Assembly (NCBI GenBank): GCA_000402515.1
Contig: AQRL01000033.1
Location: 1-48,865 of the forward strand
DNA length: 48,865 bases
Source: Nanoarchaeota archaeon SCGC AAA011-G17
Lineage (GTDB): Archaea; Nanobdellota; Nanobdellia; SCGC-AAA011-G17
Reading direction: 5' to 3'
Both the position numbers and the translations under genes were made by a program. This document shows, piece after piece, positions 27,389 through 36,162 of this stretch (position 1 is its first letter; the number at the start of each line of letters is the position of its first letter). The notes below the pieces were generated by a model that was not told the DNA's origin, made no database searches, and worked only from the letters and a program-made list of their open reading frames with translations.

Positions 27389-28414
27389 TTAGAAGAGGTT
27401 AGAAGTACAAATTTTTTTTATAACTTCTTTTCTTAATTTATAACTATCGGCCCATTTTGCATAAGCATCCCAACCTTGAAAAATTTCAAACAGCTTTTCT
27501 TTAGAAACTTCATTTTTCTTGTATCTATCAAAAACAAATAACATTTTTCTAATATTCCTTTTTCTTAATAGCCTATAATGATAAAAATTCCTAAATCCAA
27601 CAAAATCTATTCCTCTAGACAAAGAGCTTATCTTTGACTTTTCAGGATGAAGCTCAATTTTTAATTTCTCTTTCAGAAATTTGTCAATTTCAGATTTCCA
27701 GAATTCAAGCTGTGACTTTGACTTATGAAGAATTACAAAATCATCAACATATCTAATATAATATTTAGCCTTTAGTTTATGTTTTACAAAATAATCTAAT
27801 TCATTAAGGTAAACATTAGCAAAAAATTGTGAAGTTAGATTTCCCAAAGGCATCCCTGTTCCTTTATTTTTAGAATCAAAATTATTTAATATTAATTTGA
27901 TAAGAGAGATTACTTCTTTATCTTTTATTTTTCTTCTGATAATATTTATCAAAATTTCATGAGAAACAGTTTCAAAATAATGCCTAATATCTGCTTTAAG
28001 GCAGAATGCGTTTGATTTAAAATTATTTGTTACTTTTCTTTTAAAATAATCAAATCGTTTAATTGCAAATAAATTTCCTTTCCCTATTCTATTTGCACAT
28101 GAATCATAAATAAATCCCCTGTCAAAAATTGGTTCAATTATTCTTATTAAATCATGATGAACAATTCTATCCCTAAAATCAGACTTGCTTATCTTTCTAG
28201 TTTTAGGATCTCGCAAAATAAAAGTTTTTAGAGGCAATGGGTTGTAGGTATGATTCTTTAATTCTTCAGATAGTTTAAGCAAATTTACTAAAGTATCTTT
28301 TTCAAATTCAATTACATAATATTTACTTGTTTTGTGTTTTCTAGCTTTTCTCCAAGCTAAAAGTAAATTACTAAGATTATAAATTTCCTGATAAAGTTCA
28401 TTATTAGTTTCCAT
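27389..28414 (-). CDS. DGR reverse transcriptase (DGR-1)
   Basis: RT motifs include LGNLTSQ (the DGR-type [I/L]GxxxSQ) and YIRYVDDFVI (YxDD). TR lies 29 nt upstream. The protein is paralogous to 46221-47324. Confidence 0.9.
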   Translation of the reverse strand: METNNELYQEIYNLSNLLLAWRKARKHKTSKYYVIEFEKDTLVNLLKLSEELKNHTYNPLPLKTFILRDPKTRKISKSDFRDRIVHHDLIRIIEPIFDRGFIYDSCANRIGKGNLFAIKRFDYFKRKVTNNFKSNAFCLKADIRHYFETVSHEILINIIRRKIKDKEVISLIKLILNNFDSKNKGTGMPLGNLTSQFFANVYLNELDYFVKHKLKAKYYIRYVDDFVILHKSKSQLEFWKSEIDKFLKEKLKIELHPEKSKISSLSRGIDFVGFRNFYHYRLLRKRNIRKMLFVFDRYKKNEVSKEKLFEIFQGWDAYAKWADSYKLRKEVIKKICTSNLF

Positions 28415-28443
28415 ATTAGTATAAGAAATCCTGACTTTTGGGC

Positions 28444-28524
28444 TATTCCACGAACCCTGTCGTCGTAGTACAAGTCCCTATTGTTACCATCAAGATCAGA
28501 ACTGTTGTCAAGGCTCCTAAACCA
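28444..28524 (-). repeat. DGR-1 template repeat (TR1)
   Basis: 81 nt aligns without gaps to 28857-28937 at an offset of 413. There are 12 mismatches, all where TR has T on the + strand, i.e. A on the coding strand. Confidence 0.9.
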
Positions 28525-28724
28525 CAGGGAACTTATAGCCAGAATACCATCACAAAAGATTAACTCTTGCCACTGAAGCTTCACGAATGTTGCTTCTGTA
28601 TTTCATGACTTAAAATCAAATTAATGATGTACTAGTAAACTGGCATGTAGTCCAACTTATACTTCACTGATAGTATATCTATATAGTCAGGACATAACTT
28701 TAGAAATAATCTATTTTAAAATAA

Positions 28725-29453
28725 TTATTGTCTTAAACCATCTAGTAGAATCTTTTCAATTCCAGTTAGACCTTTTGTTTTTAGAACTTTTAAGATTTGT
28801 TTTGGAGTGTAAACTTCAGAATTTTTTTTCGTGCCTTCGACACTAACACTATCACGTACCCCACGAACCCTGACGACGCAGTACAAGACCCTACTGTTAC
28901 CACCAAGAACAGAACTGTAGACAAGGCACCTAAACCATATTTGTCTTGCAAAGGATTTTTCCTGCATATCTGCTAACAAAACAGCCATTTCTTTGATTCC
29001 TGCTTCTTCTCTTAAGAATTGCCCGTATTTTTCAGCATTTTCGCCAAAAGCATAAACAGTTATTTCATTATCTTTAAATCTGTTTGTAGGGATTTCTTTT
29101 GATTCTAGGTTGACTGAATCTGCTAATCCTTCCTCAATCTGCTCATCAGTTAAATAAAACTCTTGACCTTTTCTATGACAATCTGTAGCTTCTTTTGCAT
29201 TTGCCATTATTGGTGAATTCTTTGTTAAAAATCTACCTTTATTAAGAATATATAAAACCCCTTCTCTTGTCCAGTTTCCATTTCTAGAGACATAGGCATC
29301 TTTACCTTCCTGTATTCTTAATCTTGCATTTTCTTCTAAAGAAATAATTTTATAGCCATCTTTAACTAATACTTTTTTTCCTTCATCAAAGGGTGCCTCT
29401 GCATAAGCTGATTCTATTCCTCTTGGTTTTACATCAATACTAACTTTTACCAT
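28725..29453 (-). CDS. DGR-1 variable (target) protein, 242 aa, no signal peptide
   Basis: VR encodes aa 173-199 (WFRCLVYSSVLGGNSRVLYCVVRVRGV), against the TR-encoded WFRSLDNSSDLDGNNRDLYYDDRVRGI. A 43-aa conserved tail follows VR. Confidence 0.85.
   Translation of the reverse strand: MVKVSIDVKPRGIESAYAEAPFDEGKKVLVKDGYKIISLEENARLRIQEGKDAYVSRNGNWTREGVLYILNKGRFLTKNSPIMANAKEATDCHRKGQEFYLTDEQIEEGLADSVNLESKEIPTNRFKDNEITVYAFGENAEKYGQFLREEAGIKEMAVLLADMQEKSFARQIWFRCLVYSSVLGGNSRVLYCVVRVRGVRDSVSVEGTKKNSEVYTPKQILKVLKTKGLTGIEKILLDGLRQ
28857..28937 (-). repeat. DGR-1 variable repeat (VR1)
   Basis: See TR1. A-site-only divergence, in frame inside the target gene. Confidence 0.9.
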
Positions 29454-29512
29454 AACTTATTCTAGAAAATAGGTATTTATAAAGCTTTCTATTGTTACTA
29501 CTGATAAATAGA

Positions 29513-29926
29513 TTAATTATTTTTGCTTAACAACTCTTGCAGTTCCTGCTGCAGAGAGCCGGCATGCTGAGCAAATAACTGCAAGTCCTGCTCTAATTTG
29601 TGCGCAATTGCCTGTATCTTTAATGACTGGTCTTTAACAATTTCAATAGTCTCTGCTATTGTTTTTGGAACAACTACATTAGAACCAACATTCATAAGGA
29701 CTTCTTTATTGTTTTTTAATTCTGTTTTAATAAAAATTCCTGGAGAAAGGGCAGTCAGAATTTCATTTTTATCTTTTGATTTTTCAATCTCTTTCAAGGA
29801 TTCTTCCAGATTAGTCAACTCATTTGATTGAGCCTGCAAGGTCATTAACTCCTGCTGATATTCTTTCATCTGCTGTTCTATTATCTGAAATTCAAGATAT
29901 TTCTGCTGAACCTGTTTTTCATCCAT
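29513..29926 (-). CDS. pfdA: Prefoldin alpha subunit
   Basis: Coiled coil, then the beta-hairpin region LSPGIFIKTEL...VLMNVGSNVVVPKTIAETIEIV, then another coiled coil. It follows aIF6 as in many archaea. Confidence 0.8.
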   Translation of the reverse strand: MDEKQVQQKYLEFQIIEQQMKEYQQELMTLQAQSNELTNLEESLKEIEKSKDKNEILTALSPGIFIKTELKNNKEVLMNVGSNVVVPKTIAETIEIVKDQSLKIQAIAHKLEQDLQLFAQHAGSLQQELQELLSKNN

Positions 29927-30587
29927 TTTGAAATCCTAGTGCTGATTCTATTCTCATTATCTCATGACCAGAGGTTAAATCACCTATTATATAGCCATTT
30001 GAATTAGCAATTATGCCAGAACTGACATGAGGATTGCCCATATTAACAGTTCCTATATCTGAAGTAGTTTTAAAAAGCTTTTCTATGTGCTCTATCTCTT
30101 TTTCTGAGGCATCTCTATGAATTATACATCCTTTTGAGGTTATAACCACACAAGAACCGACTGTCGGAGATTCTGCTATCTCTCCCTTAAAAACCTTAAG
30201 ATTAAGTTTTTTTAGCTGGTCTATTGTTTCCTGGTCAAATTCGGGGTTTACCAAACAGGTATCTCCCTTTATTATCATATTATTTCCAAGGGCATTTAAT
30301 TTTGTTTTTATTATTTTATAAGGAATTTTATGCTTTTCTAACTGCTTTATTTCTTCGTCTCTTATTATTTCCGGGACTAATAATAAATCAGAACTTCCTG
30401 TACAGAGTGCTCCAAGCAAATCTGTTCCTGCTATTGAGACTTGATAAACTGGAACACCAAGAACCTGTTTTATTTTTGCAACTATCTTAGAAGAGAGATG
30501 AATCGGCATCAAACAATAAGCATCTGTTGCAAAACAGTATAAGCCTATATTTGGATTTCCATTAAAACTTATTTTTAAAGCATGCAT
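29919..30587 (-). CDS. eif6: Translation initiation factor 6 (aIF6)
   Basis: FNGNPNIGLYCFATDAYCL and a pentameric repeat pattern (GTDLLGALCTG..., LNALGNNMI..., SPTVGSCVV..., NMGNPHVSSGI...). Confidence 0.9.
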   Translation of the reverse strand: MHALKISFNGNPNIGLYCFATDAYCLMPIHLSSKIVAKIKQVLGVPVYQVSIAGTDLLGALCTGSSDLLLVPEIIRDEEIKQLEKHKIPYKIIKTKLNALGNNMIIKGDTCLVNPEFDQETIDQLKKLNLKVFKGEIAESPTVGSCVVITSKGCIIHRDASEKEIEHIEKLFKTTSDIGTVNMGNPHVSSGIIANSNGYIIGDLTSGHEIMRIESALGFQNG

Positions 30588-30588
30588 C

Positions 30589-30942
30589 TTATTCTTCCTC
30601 TATTATAATAAATAATTTTGATCCACCAGCATAACGAGAAACATATTCACTGTGTAATCTCAAGTAATAGACTCCTTCCGGAAGTAAATTAACAAGATAT
30701 GGATCTGCTTTTTCATTAGGTAGCATTAATTGAATTTTACTATCTAATTGTTTTGCCCCATCAAAAAAATTTTCAGAAAACCCCAAGAAAAAATTGGCTT
30801 CTGCTTCTAAACTTGTTGCTCTTATGACTTTTTCATAAAAATATTCTGTTCTTTCTTTAGTTATCTCCAAAAACTCGGATTTACTTATTCTTAATGTTAT
30901 ATCCTGGGAGGAATCAAATTTGGCATGCATCTTATTCTTCAA
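30589..30942 (-). CDS. Hypothetical protein embedded in the ribosomal cluster
   Basis: ORF tightly packed between rpl14e and eif6. I recognise no motif. Confidence 0.4.
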   Translation of the reverse strand: MKNKMHAKFDSSQDITLRISKSEFLEITKERTEYFYEKVIRATSLEAEANFFLGFSENFFDGAKQLDSKIQLMLPNEKADPYLVNLLPEGVYYLRLHSEYVSRYAGGSKLFIIIEEE

Positions 30943-31318
30943 GCTTTTCCTTTATTTCTATTTGTTTGGGTTTTTTCTCTGCTTTAACTTCTTTTTTTGG
31001 CTCTTCTTTTTTCTTTTGTTTTTGTAATGGCTCTTTCTGCTTTCTTATTTTTTTTAATCTTTCAGCAGGTTTTCTTGGCCTTCCTTTCTGCCTTATTGCA
31101 ATACCTTCTGCTTCAAGAACCTTACATACTGCTTCTGTTGATGCTCCTTTTTTTACATCTAATTTTTTTATCGGCTCTAGATGGCTTATATTACATTTTT
31201 TTCTTCTTACATTCCCATCTATCAAGACAAAGTGATCATCGATTTTATCAACTACAATACAATAATTATTTCCATCTCTTCCTGCTGTTTTTACACATAA
31301 TGTCCCTATTTCTATCAT
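30932..31318 (-). CDS. rpl14e: Ribosomal protein eL14 (L14e) with a K/E-rich tail
   Basis: A KOW-like IEIGTLCVKTAGRDGNNYCIVVDKIDDHFVLIDG...RRKKCNISHLEP. Confidence 0.85.
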   Translation of the reverse strand: MIEIGTLCVKTAGRDGNNYCIVVDKIDDHFVLIDGNVRRKKCNISHLEPIKKLDVKKGASTEAVCKVLEAEGIAIRQKGRPRKPAERLKKIRKQKEPLQKQKKKEEPKKEVKAEKKPKQIEIKEKLEE

Positions 31319-31587
31319 TTTTGACTCCTTGTTCTTTCAATTATTTTCTTTCTTGCACATATTGAGCATAGATTTCCGCCAAATGGGCGTGATGGCCTTT
31401 TTTTTGTTTTTGCAATGTTTTTCAGCCTAGAGGCACGAACATGAGAAACTCCCAATAATACAGCCCCACATTCTGCACACTGCGCCTTAGAATCATTTCT
31501 TTTTACGTGATGCAGTTTTACTTTTCCAGCAGGGGTTCTAACAAAAACCCTTCTCTTACTTCTTGATTTATCTTTTCCTGACGGCAT
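31315..31587 (-). CDS. rpl34e: Ribosomal protein eL34 (L34e)
   Basis: KRRVFVRTPAGKVKLHHVKR...CAECGAVL...RPFGGNLCSICARK. Confidence 0.9.
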   Translation of the reverse strand: MPSGKDKSRSKRRVFVRTPAGKVKLHHVKRNDSKAQCAECGAVLLGVSHVRASRLKNIAKTKKRPSRPFGGNLCSICARKKIIERTRSQK

Positions 31588-31588
31588 T

Positions 31589-32119
31589 TTAGTACACCTT
31601 TAAAACCTTTCTTAGTATAATACTAAAGATTATGGCAAAGAGCATATATGACCAAAACCAGCTCAACATACCAAAAATCTTTGGGTCACCAAGGTTTTTA
31701 AATATATCTGAAAACCATTTTATTAAAAATATTAAAGGGGCAATGGTATAAACCAAAGGCTTCATTGTTAGTTCAAAGGTTTTAGGAATATTTTCAAGCT
31801 GTTTTTTCTGGAATTCCATCATCTTTGATGGATCATCTTTATACTTCTTCATCTCTTCTGACATTGCCTTCTGCTCTTCTTTCATATTTTTCAAAGCTTC
31901 CTGATCTGTTGTATATTTCTGAATTATGGTTGTTGCTAATGTTATTAAAAAAGTAATAATAAGGAATCCCCATGAAAAGTCTAATCTTATCAAATAACCA
32001 AGGGTTGGATCAAAAATAAAATGAATTGTATCTTTTATTATAGGGACTGCATCCCATAGCGCAGCAATTAATATACTCAGAAACATTACTAATAACCATA
32101 AAGATATTCCTTTTTTCAT
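31589..32119 (-). CDS. DUF106 / EMC3-TMCO1-like membrane insertase (archaeal YidC-like)
   Basis: Three transmembrane helices with a coiled KNMKEEQKAMSEEMKKYKDDP...QKKQLE loop. The position after secY is conserved. Confidence 0.7.
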   Translation of the reverse strand: MKKGISLWLLVMFLSILIAALWDAVPIIKDTIHFIFDPTLGYLIRLDFSWGFLIITFLITLATTIIQKYTTDQEALKNMKEEQKAMSEEMKKYKDDPSKMMEFQKKQLENIPKTFELTMKPLVYTIAPLIFLIKWFSDIFKNLGDPKIFGMLSWFWSYMLFAIIFSIILRKVLKVY

Positions 32120-33582
32120 TCCCCACCCATCATTTTTCTTAATCCAGGATACATATCCATCATATGATGTTTTGCTATATCTTCATATAACCTGTAAATA
32201 ATCATAACGGTCAATAATAAACCAGTACCATTTGTCAGCGCTCCGAGCAAGTCTGCCGATGCTGCTAGAAATCCTACTGCAATAGCACCCATTATTGTTA
32301 AGGGAAATATATATCTGCTTAAAATTCTTTCCAAGACTCTTTCATCTCTTCTAAATCCTGGAATTTGCAAACCTGAAGCCATTATTTGTTTTGCCTGGCT
32401 TCCTGCATCCATTCCTGCTGTCTGCACCCAGAATATTGAGAATATTACAGCACCGGCTATCATAAATAATGAATAAGTAACTGCCTGCAGCAAAACAATC
32501 CAATTAAATGAGCCAGATGAAAATGCTGCAAATAGTTCAGAAACAATATTTGGAGAGAATGCCCATTTAATCAATCCTGAGACCGGAATATTTCCTGAGA
32601 ACTGCCCAAATATATGCTGGGATATCCAAAACATAATCCCCTGCTGTGCATTTCCAACCCAATTCTGCATCAGCCTTGCCCATAACTGCACATTTGCAAT
32701 CAAAGCAGCGGTTAAAATAACCGGGATATTTGATGTATAAATAAATGCTAACGGCCATCTAATACCATGACCCCTTATTCTGCCAAAACTTAAGGGAATT
32801 TCTACTTTCATAGCCTGTGCGTAAACTGCAAGCACAAAGACCAGTACTGTAGCAAGTATTGTTGCCAAAGCTTTTCCAGCCTCTGTGGGGTTTCCTCCTG
32901 CCAAAGACCTGATTAAAACCCAGATAACTCCTACTGGTGCCTGACCTGTTCCAAATGCCCAGGTTCCTGCACTTGTCAGCGGAGATAATGCCCTGATAAA
33001 TACCTGCTGGGATACTCCTGCTGCTATGAATAGACTTACACCAGAACCAAAACCCCATTTATTGATAACTTCATCTAAATATAATACTATCAAACCACCT
33101 AATGTTAATTGTGCAACTAATAAAAATTCCATCTGCCTGAACAATGCTGGTGCAAGGGCAGGGTCTGGTGACAAACCACCCATAAATACATAGATTGATG
33201 CTTCGAATATTATAAAGAAGATTGCCAAAATTTTTTGTATACCCTGGAAAAATACTCTTCCTTCATGCGTTGTTGTGTCTATATTTATTAACCCCGAGCC
33301 TTTTAATAACTGCAAAACAATGGATGCAGTTACGATTGGACCGATACCAAGCGATAGTATGGAACCAAAGGTTGCTCCAAGAATAATTGATAAAAATTCA
33401 AACTGCGATAAAGCGTTCTGACCTAAGCCATATAATGGGATGGATGATAAAACAAAAAAAAGTACAAGAACAATAAGTGTCCACTTCAGTTTTTCCTTAA
33501 AAGGAAGATGTTTTTGTGATGAACCTTTTATTTCCGGCAGATTTGCCAGTATATTATTAAGCATTGACAACGGAGCCACCAA
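32116..33582 (-). CDS. secY: Preprotein translocase subunit SecY
   Basis: A 10-TM protein (...LPFKEKLKWTL..., GIGPIVTASIVLQLL). Operon position after rpl15. Confidence 0.93.
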   Translation of the reverse strand: MVAPLSMLNNILANLPEIKGSSQKHLPFKEKLKWTLIVLVLFFVLSSIPLYGLGQNALSQFEFLSIILGATFGSILSLGIGPIVTASIVLQLLKGSGLINIDTTTHEGRVFFQGIQKILAIFFIIFEASIYVFMGGLSPDPALAPALFRQMEFLLVAQLTLGGLIVLYLDEVINKWGFGSGVSLFIAAGVSQQVFIRALSPLTSAGTWAFGTGQAPVGVIWVLIRSLAGGNPTEAGKALATILATVLVFVLAVYAQAMKVEIPLSFGRIRGHGIRWPLAFIYTSNIPVILTAALIANVQLWARLMQNWVGNAQQGIMFWISQHIFGQFSGNIPVSGLIKWAFSPNIVSELFAAFSSGSFNWIVLLQAVTYSLFMIAGAVIFSIFWVQTAGMDAGSQAKQIMASGLQIPGFRRDERVLERILSRYIFPLTIMGAIAVGFLAASADLLGALTNGTGLLLTVMIIYRLYEDIAKHHMMDMYPGLRKMMGGE

Positions 33583-34003
33583 CCTGTTCTATTTTTTCCT
33601 TTGCTTTTGATGAAAAGTATGGAATGATTATCTTATATTTATGTGTTGGGTTTCCTGTGCTTAACAGTTTATTGAATTTTGTTTTTTTAAAGTCTATTGT
33701 AATCACATCTTTTTCCTGAATTGCTATTTTTTTGTCTAATAATTTTTGTAATTTTTTCTCAATGTAATCTATTGTTGTTGCATTAGTCTTTTTTCTTGAT
33801 TTAGATATAAACCCTCTTTTTCCAAAATAATCTGCTCCAAAAATCTTGAATGCCCACTGCCTTTTATGGTCTGCTCTTTTTCCTGTCCCGGCTAAACCTC
33901 TTCCACCCCTATTTCCGGCTCCTCTATGCTTCTTCTTAGCTCCCCAACCGTGAGTATGAGAACCTCTCTGCCTTATGTTTTTCCTTCTTTTATAGACAGT
34001 CAT
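33557..34003 (-). CDS. rpl15: Ribosomal protein uL15
   Basis: RGSHTHGWGAKKKHRGAGNRGGRGLAGTGKR. Confidence 0.92.
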   Translation of the reverse strand: MTVYKRRKNIRQRGSHTHGWGAKKKHRGAGNRGGRGLAGTGKRADHKRQWAFKIFGADYFGKRGFISKSRKKTNATTIDYIEKKLQKLLDKKIAIQEKDVITIDFKKTKFNKLLSTGNPTHKYKIIIPYFSSKAKEKIEQVGGSVVNA

Positions 34004-34004
34004 T

Positions 34005-34493
34005 TTATAACATCCTGCTAATTATATCATTTATTTTTTCTTTTCTATATCCCAATGCCCCACCCAAACTAAACGGCCTTTTTATTCCCTTTCTTTCAAA
34101 ACCTTTTGTTGGGGGCTTTAGCCTAAAAAATAATTTTAATCCTGGTATGTCCTTAAGCTCTTTTTTAAATGAAAAGAATTCTTTTGTAAACTGCTCAAAG
34201 GTTAGATTTGTTTTTTCTTTTAAATAATCAGAAGTTAAATTTTTATTTCTTGGAAGTTTAGCTCTAGTCTCTAATAATTGCTTGAATGCTTCTTCGCTAA
34301 TTTCCCCCCAAGTAATATAATCCTTAGCTTTCTTTATCATACCAACATAATGCGGATTATTTTCAATTATTACACAGCTATTTTTTCTGTATAACCTAAG
34401 CATATTTAAGGTGTCTTTGATGTCCTTTCTGACACCTATGCTTCCCCTGATCCTAATTATCGCTAACCTTTTCTTTTCCATCTTTTCCACCAA
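34005..34493 (-). CDS. rpl30: Ribosomal protein uL30
   Basis: LAIIRIRGSIGVRKDIKDTLNMLRLYRKN. Confidence 0.92.
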   Translation of the reverse strand: MVEKMEKKRLAIIRIRGSIGVRKDIKDTLNMLRLYRKNSCVIIENNPHYVGMIKKAKDYITWGEISEEAFKQLLETRAKLPRNKNLTSDYLKEKTNLTFEQFTKEFFSFKKELKDIPGLKLFFRLKPPTKGFERKGIKRPFSLGGALGYRKEKINDIISRML

Positions 34494-35220
34494 CAGTTAC
34501 ACCTGCTTTTTCAATATATTGTGCTGGAATCTTAATTTTATTTAATTTTTTTAATGCGTTAAAGCATGCATAAAGAAGATTTAATTTTGTTGTTGTATTC
34601 CCTCTTGCTTTTGAATAAACATCCCTTATTCCTGCAAATCCCAAAATCTTCCTTACCTGGCCTTCACTAACCAAACCTACTCCTTTTGGTGCGGGCATTA
34701 ATGTAATAACAATACTTCCTGATTTTCCCTGGACCTTGAATGGAATTGAGTGATGAGTTGAACAACCACATTCCCATGAACCACATCCACGAACTACCTG
34801 GATAATATTCAGCTTTGCCTGCCTGATTGCTTTTTCTCTTGCCGGCACTGTTTCTTTTGCTTTTCCTTTTCCTACACCAACATAACCATCTTTATTACCA
34901 ACTACCGCTAATGTAGAGAATTTCGGCTTGTTTCCTTCTCTGGTTTTCTTTTGTGTTTGTTTCCAGATACTTCTCTTCCCTCCACCAAACTTACCCTTTG
35001 ATTGACCTATTGTTAATAAATCATATTGAAGGTCTGGAAGCAAAGTATCCACTATTTCTGACTCAAGTATTTTTTGACCTGTAAATAAAATTTGATTAAT
35101 ATTTGTTATTTCTCCGCTTTTTACTTTTTTACCCAATGCTGTTTTGGGTTTCCATTTCTCTTTATCAAATGTTTTTTCTAATCTTCTTATTCCTGTCTCT
35201 TCACGATTTGTTTTAACCAT
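34453..35220 (-). CDS. rps5: Ribosomal protein uS5
   Basis: FSTLAVVGNKDGYVGVGKGKAKETVPAREKA...GSIVITLMPAPKGVGLV. Confidence 0.93.
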   Translation of the reverse strand: MVKTNREETGIRRLEKTFDKEKWKPKTALGKKVKSGEITNINQILFTGQKILESEIVDTLLPDLQYDLLTIGQSKGKFGGGKRSIWKQTQKKTREGNKPKFSTLAVVGNKDGYVGVGKGKAKETVPAREKAIRQAKLNIIQVVRGCGSWECGCSTHHSIPFKVQGKSGSIVITLMPAPKGVGLVSEGQVRKILGFAGIRDVYSKARGNTTTKLNLLYACFNALKKLNKIKIPAQYIEKAGVTVGGKDGKEKVSDN

Positions 35221-35716
35221 TTTGTTTTAGTATCTTCTCCTTTGTTTGATGGAAAATTTTTTGAATATCATTTTTTTTATAATCAGCAATATGCTTTCCA
35301 GATATCCTGTCCTCTGAGGGGAATACTTCTTCTGAAGCAGATACTTTCAGCCCTGCATCAATTACTCCCTTTAATGCTGCAAAGATTGCTGTTTTTTTAA
35401 CATTCCTTGAAAGCCCAATATCCAAAACAGCTTCGTATATTTTTTTGGACTTTGCTTTCATTCCGCAAAGAAGCCCTGTTAAATATGCTGAAGGGATATT
35501 TGATTTGTGAAATTTCCAATCAAATTTCTTTAACTGATTTGAATGTGTTGATATTAAAATTTTATCTCCATCCGGGCTATATTCAATTATTTGTAACAGG
35601 ATATTATTCAATGACTTTCTTATAACCAAACGCAACTTTCTGGATTTTAGTAATAAAATCCTCTGCTTATAATCTGTTTTTCCTTCTTTCTTCCTTTTGT
35701 ATGGTACTTTGCTCAT
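35213..35716 (-). CDS. rpl18: Ribosomal protein uL18
   Basis: YKRKKEGKTDYKQRILLLKS...LVIRKSLNNILLQII. Confidence 0.92.
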   Translation of the reverse strand: MSKVPYKRKKEGKTDYKQRILLLKSRKLRLVIRKSLNNILLQIIEYSPDGDKILISTHSNQLKKFDWKFHKSNIPSAYLTGLLCGMKAKSKKIYEAVLDIGLSRNVKKTAIFAALKGVIDAGLKVSASEEVFPSEDRISGKHIADYKKNDIQKIFHQTKEKILKQNG

Positions 35717-36162
35717 TGTTTTATTAGATTATGCTCCTTTAAGTATAATGATATGTGTTTTCTTGTTCTGAAGAATCCACCTTTTACTTTTAATCTCATC
35801 TCCCTATATGTTTTGTTTGTTATCAGTTCTTTTTCTTTTAGGGATGTCAGCAAGTCTCTCTGCAGCCTTACTTTATTAATCCATTCTCTCTTGGATGGAA
35901 GTCTTGCTGTTGCCTTTCCCTTTCTTGAACCCTGCCCTTTTCTTCTCCCTTTTTTCTTTTGTTCTGCTGTTTTTTTAACCCTTGAATGTGATTGTGATTG
36001 ATATTGTTTTAATTTTATTACTCCCTGACCTACAAGTGATCTCAAGTCTGCCTTTGTTATTGCCTCTTTTATCTCGGATAGATTATCTTGGTCAAACTGT
36101 ACATGCTTTTTCCCAACCTTAAGCAATTGTGCTGCAATCCTTTTTTGATTTCTTAATTTCAT
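35713..36162 (-). CDS. rpl19e: Ribosomal protein eL19 (L19e)
   Basis: LRNQKRIAAQLLKVGKKHVQFD...KKGRRKGQGSRKG. Confidence 0.92.
   Translation of the reverse strand: MKLRNQKRIAAQLLKVGKKHVQFDQDNLSEIKEAITKADLRSLVGQGVIKLKQYQSQSHSRVKKTAEQKKKGRRKGQGSRKGKATARLPSKREWINKVRLQRDLLTSLKEKELITNKTYREMRLKVKGGFFRTRKHISLYLKEHNLIKQ

Noticed and set aside
28531-28540. GGCTATAAG and GGCTATATAG (47417-47427) just 5' of the TRs considered as TATA-box promoters for TR-RT transcripts
   Set aside because: A start site ~25 nt downstream would fall inside the TR and truncate the template. The blocks are conserved, but a promoter role is not supported by position.
28357-28584. 75-aa ORF upstream of and overlapping the RT-1 start
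   Set aside because: It is simply the translation of TR1 and its flanks (…SLWFRSLDNSSDLDGNNRDLYYDDRVRG…). It mirrors the VR-encoded peptide, has no independent start context, and runs into the RT coding region. It is best treated as a non-coding template.
29513-29926. Helical 137-aa ORF immediately upstream of DGR-1, considered as an Avd accessory protein
   Set aside because: It has the coiled-coil, beta-hairpin, coiled-coil layout of prefoldin alpha. It sits in the conserved aIF6-pfdA context as the last gene of the ribosomal cluster.
30997-31365. Antisense and alternate-frame ORFs across the ribosomal operon, e.g. 30894-31235, 30997-31365, 35753-36001, 36692-36928, 40944-41141, 44915-45112
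   Set aside because: They lie opposite or within well-supported ribosomal-protein genes. They encode low-complexity Phe/Leu/Ser-rich strings that are the complement of K/E-rich coding sequence, an artefact of AT-rich composition.
32567-33058. Same-strand ORFs 32567-32758 and 32759-33058 inside secY
   Set aside because: These are alternate frames of the secY coding region with no start context or recognisable motifs.
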